From Heterodontus francisci (lineage: Eukaryota): DNA of 64,000 bases. Made by a program: the position numbers and the translations under genes. Position 1 is the stretch's first letter. Each line of letters opens with the position of its first letter. Below are positions 60,679 through 64,000 of this stretch, piece by piece. The notes under the pieces are model-generated. The model worked only from the letters and a program-made list of their open reading frames with translations. It ran no database searches and had not been told where the DNA came from. The stretch is from the NCBI RefSeq assembly GCF_036365525.1, contig NC_090414.1:21041846-21105845 (forward strand), written 5' to 3'.

Positions 60679-63600
60679 CTACTGTGTCTCATAGATCTTG
60701 TTTATCTCGGAGGAGTTCATCAGCTCAAAGCTCTGGGAAAAGAGGGACATAAAGTGCTCCTCTTCCGTGTTATCGGCCAGGAAAGCGGCTGTAGGCTCCA
60801 GGTCCCCATTGAGCGCCCCCTCCCCGGGATCGGCCTTCTCGTCTTCCTGGTTGCTGGCCATGAGCTTCAGGATGTCGGGCGAGTAGCTCATCAGGGTGGT
60901 GGTCTGCATACTGCTGGCCAAGCCATCCAAATTGAAATCGGGCATCAGGGTTCTCTGTAGGTTGTGCTGCTGCTGCGGGTTCACCATCTCCTGCCTCAGC
61001 ATTTCCCGGAAATCCATGTTGTCGATGGAGCCCAGGCTGACGCACTCCCCCTCCTGCCCCATCAGGGCCCCTCCGACCAGGAACTGATCCATCGAGCTGG
61101 GCCCGTCGGTCAGGTACAGCTCGGGCTTGGCCATGCAGGGGGCATTCGAGCCGCCCCCACCACCGCCTCCTCCTCCTCCTCCCCCCATGTCCTGGCTGAG
61201 CTGGAAGGAGGTGCCGAACAGCTCGGTCACGTCGATAGTGGAGAAGGCGTTGGGGACGTTGGCGACGTCGGGGGCCTTGCTCGCAAAGGCGAAGGGGCTC
61301 GCCATCTGCCCGGCCCGGTTGTCTGTCACTGCCGGGGTCAGGTAGTAAGGCTGTTGGGGGGCGGGAGTGGGCACCGTGGAGGCCGTGGCAGCTGCCTGGG
61401 GGTGGCAGGTGCCGGTGGAGAAGCGGTCAAGCGGTTGGTAGCCGATGTTGGCCGGCACGGTCCCTCCCAGGAGGTCCGGAGCGTTCCCACCTGAGGAGAC
61501 ACAAAAGAGAGCAGGAGACCCTCGTTAAACACCTCGTAAATTAATCCCACCGGACCATATCGCACAAACCCCCACCTTCTCCCTGTATCTCATCCCCCCA
61601 CCCCCCCCCCCGCGCCACCCAATCTCACTGCCCCACTCCCCACAACCCACCCACAGCAAACGGTTAAATGAACCGCCAACCTCTCTGGCCGAGTTTCTCG
61701 TATAGTTTGGATTTGGCCGCTCTGTTGTCGTTTGTGACTCGATGGGGCATCGCGATGGGTCGCTGGGCAGGGGGTGCACCTGGGGGGGGGGAGGGGGGGG
61801 GAGAAAGAGAGGTCACAGGTCAGGAAGGCAAGCCAATCATTACACATTAAAATACAATATATATATATTTTTTTAAATGAGATAGACAGACCGTGGCAGA
61901 CAGACAACAATGAGCTCCTCACCCTGCATGTTGCATTTCTGAAGCATGTTCATAAATTCGATGTGTGTTTTACGCCGTTTCTCCTGGGTGCCGTAGGGAT
62001 CTGTTTTTTTTTTATTTAAAAGAAAAAAGAGAAATCATATTTGGAACAACCCCCGCACAGACACTGCGTGGCCCAAGATAATGAACATACGTTGATGCAA
62101 TCATTGAGGCACTGAATCAGAGGAGAGTGGATTCTGCACACACTCCGGGAATGATTTCTGATCACCGCAGAGCAGAATCCTGTCAAGAACAGCCCTTTGC
62201 GTGCGTCAAGCAAGACTATTCAACTGTGGGGATCGTCACCTCCCACCTGATTGGGCCCTCAATGGAAGCATCCTCGCGCGCGCACAAGCCCTTACACACT
62301 TGACAGCTAGCATCCATGCAGATAGGATGTTTGAATCGAGTGTGCACACTCCCAAATGTTAGGCAGGTAAAATAAGTCATCGCAAGATCGCCACTTGTGG
62401 ACCCCCCCACCCCCCACCGCCCACCGCGCGCGTCACAGTGAAGTGTTGCATCGTTAGGAGGGGCTGCGGCCAACGTCCAAGCCCAGTCCAGAGGCTCAGC
62501 CAACCCCTAGAGGCGCACGCATTCCCAGAAGGAGCAGTGACCGGCAGCAAGAACCTCTGGCTGATTCCTCCCTCCCCACAAAGGCAGAGGCAAACTGCAG
62601 CTCGTGCTCCCACCGAGGTTGGAACCTTCCAGGGCGCACAGCTCAACACAGAACTGCGAGGGGCCTCGGGGGGGGGGGGGGGGGACGTGGCGAGGCAGCG
62701 AAGGGCGCGGTTCCCCGCCTGCCGGGAGCAGCTACCTTTATCGTCGGGCAGATACTGGAACTCCATGGCGTCGCTGACTTCCTTGTCCGACGGGCGGCGG
62801 AGCTGCATGTGGACTGTGACGGGCTGGCTCAGCGTCACGTCCCTGTAGGGCGGGGTCTTGAACACAATGGCCACCTGCCTGTGGACGTCTGCCTGAGAGA
62901 AGGACCCCTTCCCTTCCCAGTCGTTGGTGAAGAATCGCACCTCAATATCCTCTGATCGCGGAGGGGGGGGGACGCGGGATGGCGGAGGGAGAGAGAAGAA
63001 CATGGGTTACAGCTGGCCTTCCACCTCACCCAAACCCACCCCCTTCACTCCCCACCCACCCACATCCCATGAGGCATCGGCCCATTGCACAGGGACAATT
63101 TTCATGCCCTTCCCAAGTCCGGGATGGATTTGACCATGTCCGGTTTAAACTGCTCATATCACCCACTCCCGCCAGCAGGCCGAGCCAGAACCCGTCTTCC
63201 CCACACACAATATTCCAATCACCTTTCTGAACTTTGTCACACAGCAGAAAGATCTCCTCTCCGCCCTTACAGCTCCCAGAGTTCTTGTTCACACGACAGA
63301 TCTTCAGCTCTGCGGTGTTCGGGGCCCCTGAAATCGGAGAAAGTAATCCCTTCAAAACGCTGGCCATTATCGCACAAGGCGATGTTAGATACAGAGTAAA
63401 GCTCCCTCTACACTGTCCCCATCAAACACTCCCAGGACAGGTACAGCACAGGGGTTAGATACAGAGTAAAGCTCCCTCTACACTGTCCCCATCAAACACT
63501 CCCAGGACAGGGACAGCACGGGGTTAGATACAGAGTAAAGCTCCCTCTACACTGTCCCCATCAAAAAAAAAAAGACGGGGGTTAGATACAGAGTAAAGCT

Positions 63601-63941
63601 CCCTCTACACTGTCCCCCATCAAACACTCCCAGGACAGGTACAGCACGGGGTTAGATACAGAGTAAAGCTCCCTCTACACTGTCCCCATCAAACACTCCC
63701 AGGACAGGTACAGCACGGGGTTAGATACAGAGTAAAGCTTCCCCTCAAACTGAGATGGAGACAGTCTGGTACCCGTTTCTACGGTGATTCTCCTACTCAC
63801 GGTTGTCATAGATTGGGTTGGAGACGACAGGCGGAAGGGGCGCTTTGCAAATCCCAAGCTCGTTGGGAAGAAAGACTTGGAAGCAGAGCCGGACCACGTT
63901 CAAATCTTCCTCTGTCTCGTTCATCAACTCCTCTGGTGAGA
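60679..63941 (-). CDS. RELA: NF-kB p65 (RelA), 3' portion; gene begins beyond the window end
   Basis: Exons 63941-63801 ([14 protein letters not shown]...SNPIYDNR), 63327-63223 ([34 protein letters not shown]), 62951-62736 (EDIEVRFF...[20 protein letters not shown]...[10 protein letters not shown]), 62000-61923 (NLS EKRRKT), 61779-61681 (RPIAMPHR), 61490-60679 (transactivation region). RelA-like TA motifs [13 protein letters not shown] and [11 protein letters not shown] plus 11q13 synteny favour RELA over REL. Confidence 0.88.
63385..63745. repeat. 70-bp satellite array (~5 units) with internal poly(A) tract
   Basis: Same unit; A11 at 63563-63573. Confidence 0.95.
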
Positions 63942-64000
63942 CTGCAACGTACACAAGATGCCACGGATTAATCAAGAGAGCAGCAGATCCTGAGCAATTG

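Overview
Eukaryotic, intron-containing vertebrate DNA. The repeat content (HE1-like V-SINE, Deu-domain SINEs, CR1/L2 LINEs) suggests a cartilaginous fish. The window is a GC-rich, minisatellite-laden block syntenic with human 11q13.1: 3' end of SART1 (+), EIF1AD (-, with a ~14 kb 33-bp satellite in one intron), BANF1 (+), a divergent tandem BANF1 paralog with an N-terminal extension (+), a decayed full-length Tx1-clade LINE, a type 2 cystatin (CST6-like, -), DRAP1 (-, with a U12 intron), C11orf68/Bles03 (+) and the 3' half of RELA (-). Best candidate for an undescribed system: the Tx1 element sits inside a dispersed 70-bp satellite, and two other arrays of that satellite carry orphan poly(A) tracts at essentially the same position, suggesting a satellite-targeting, site-specific retrotransposon. 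Other highlights are the BAF paralog with altered DNA/lamin/LEM-contact residues, an out-of-frame cystatin start codon, an in-frame uORF in EIF1AD and an inverted-repeat hairpin in the RELA 3' UTR. All exon calls were made by eye from translation and splice signals; no database searches were run.
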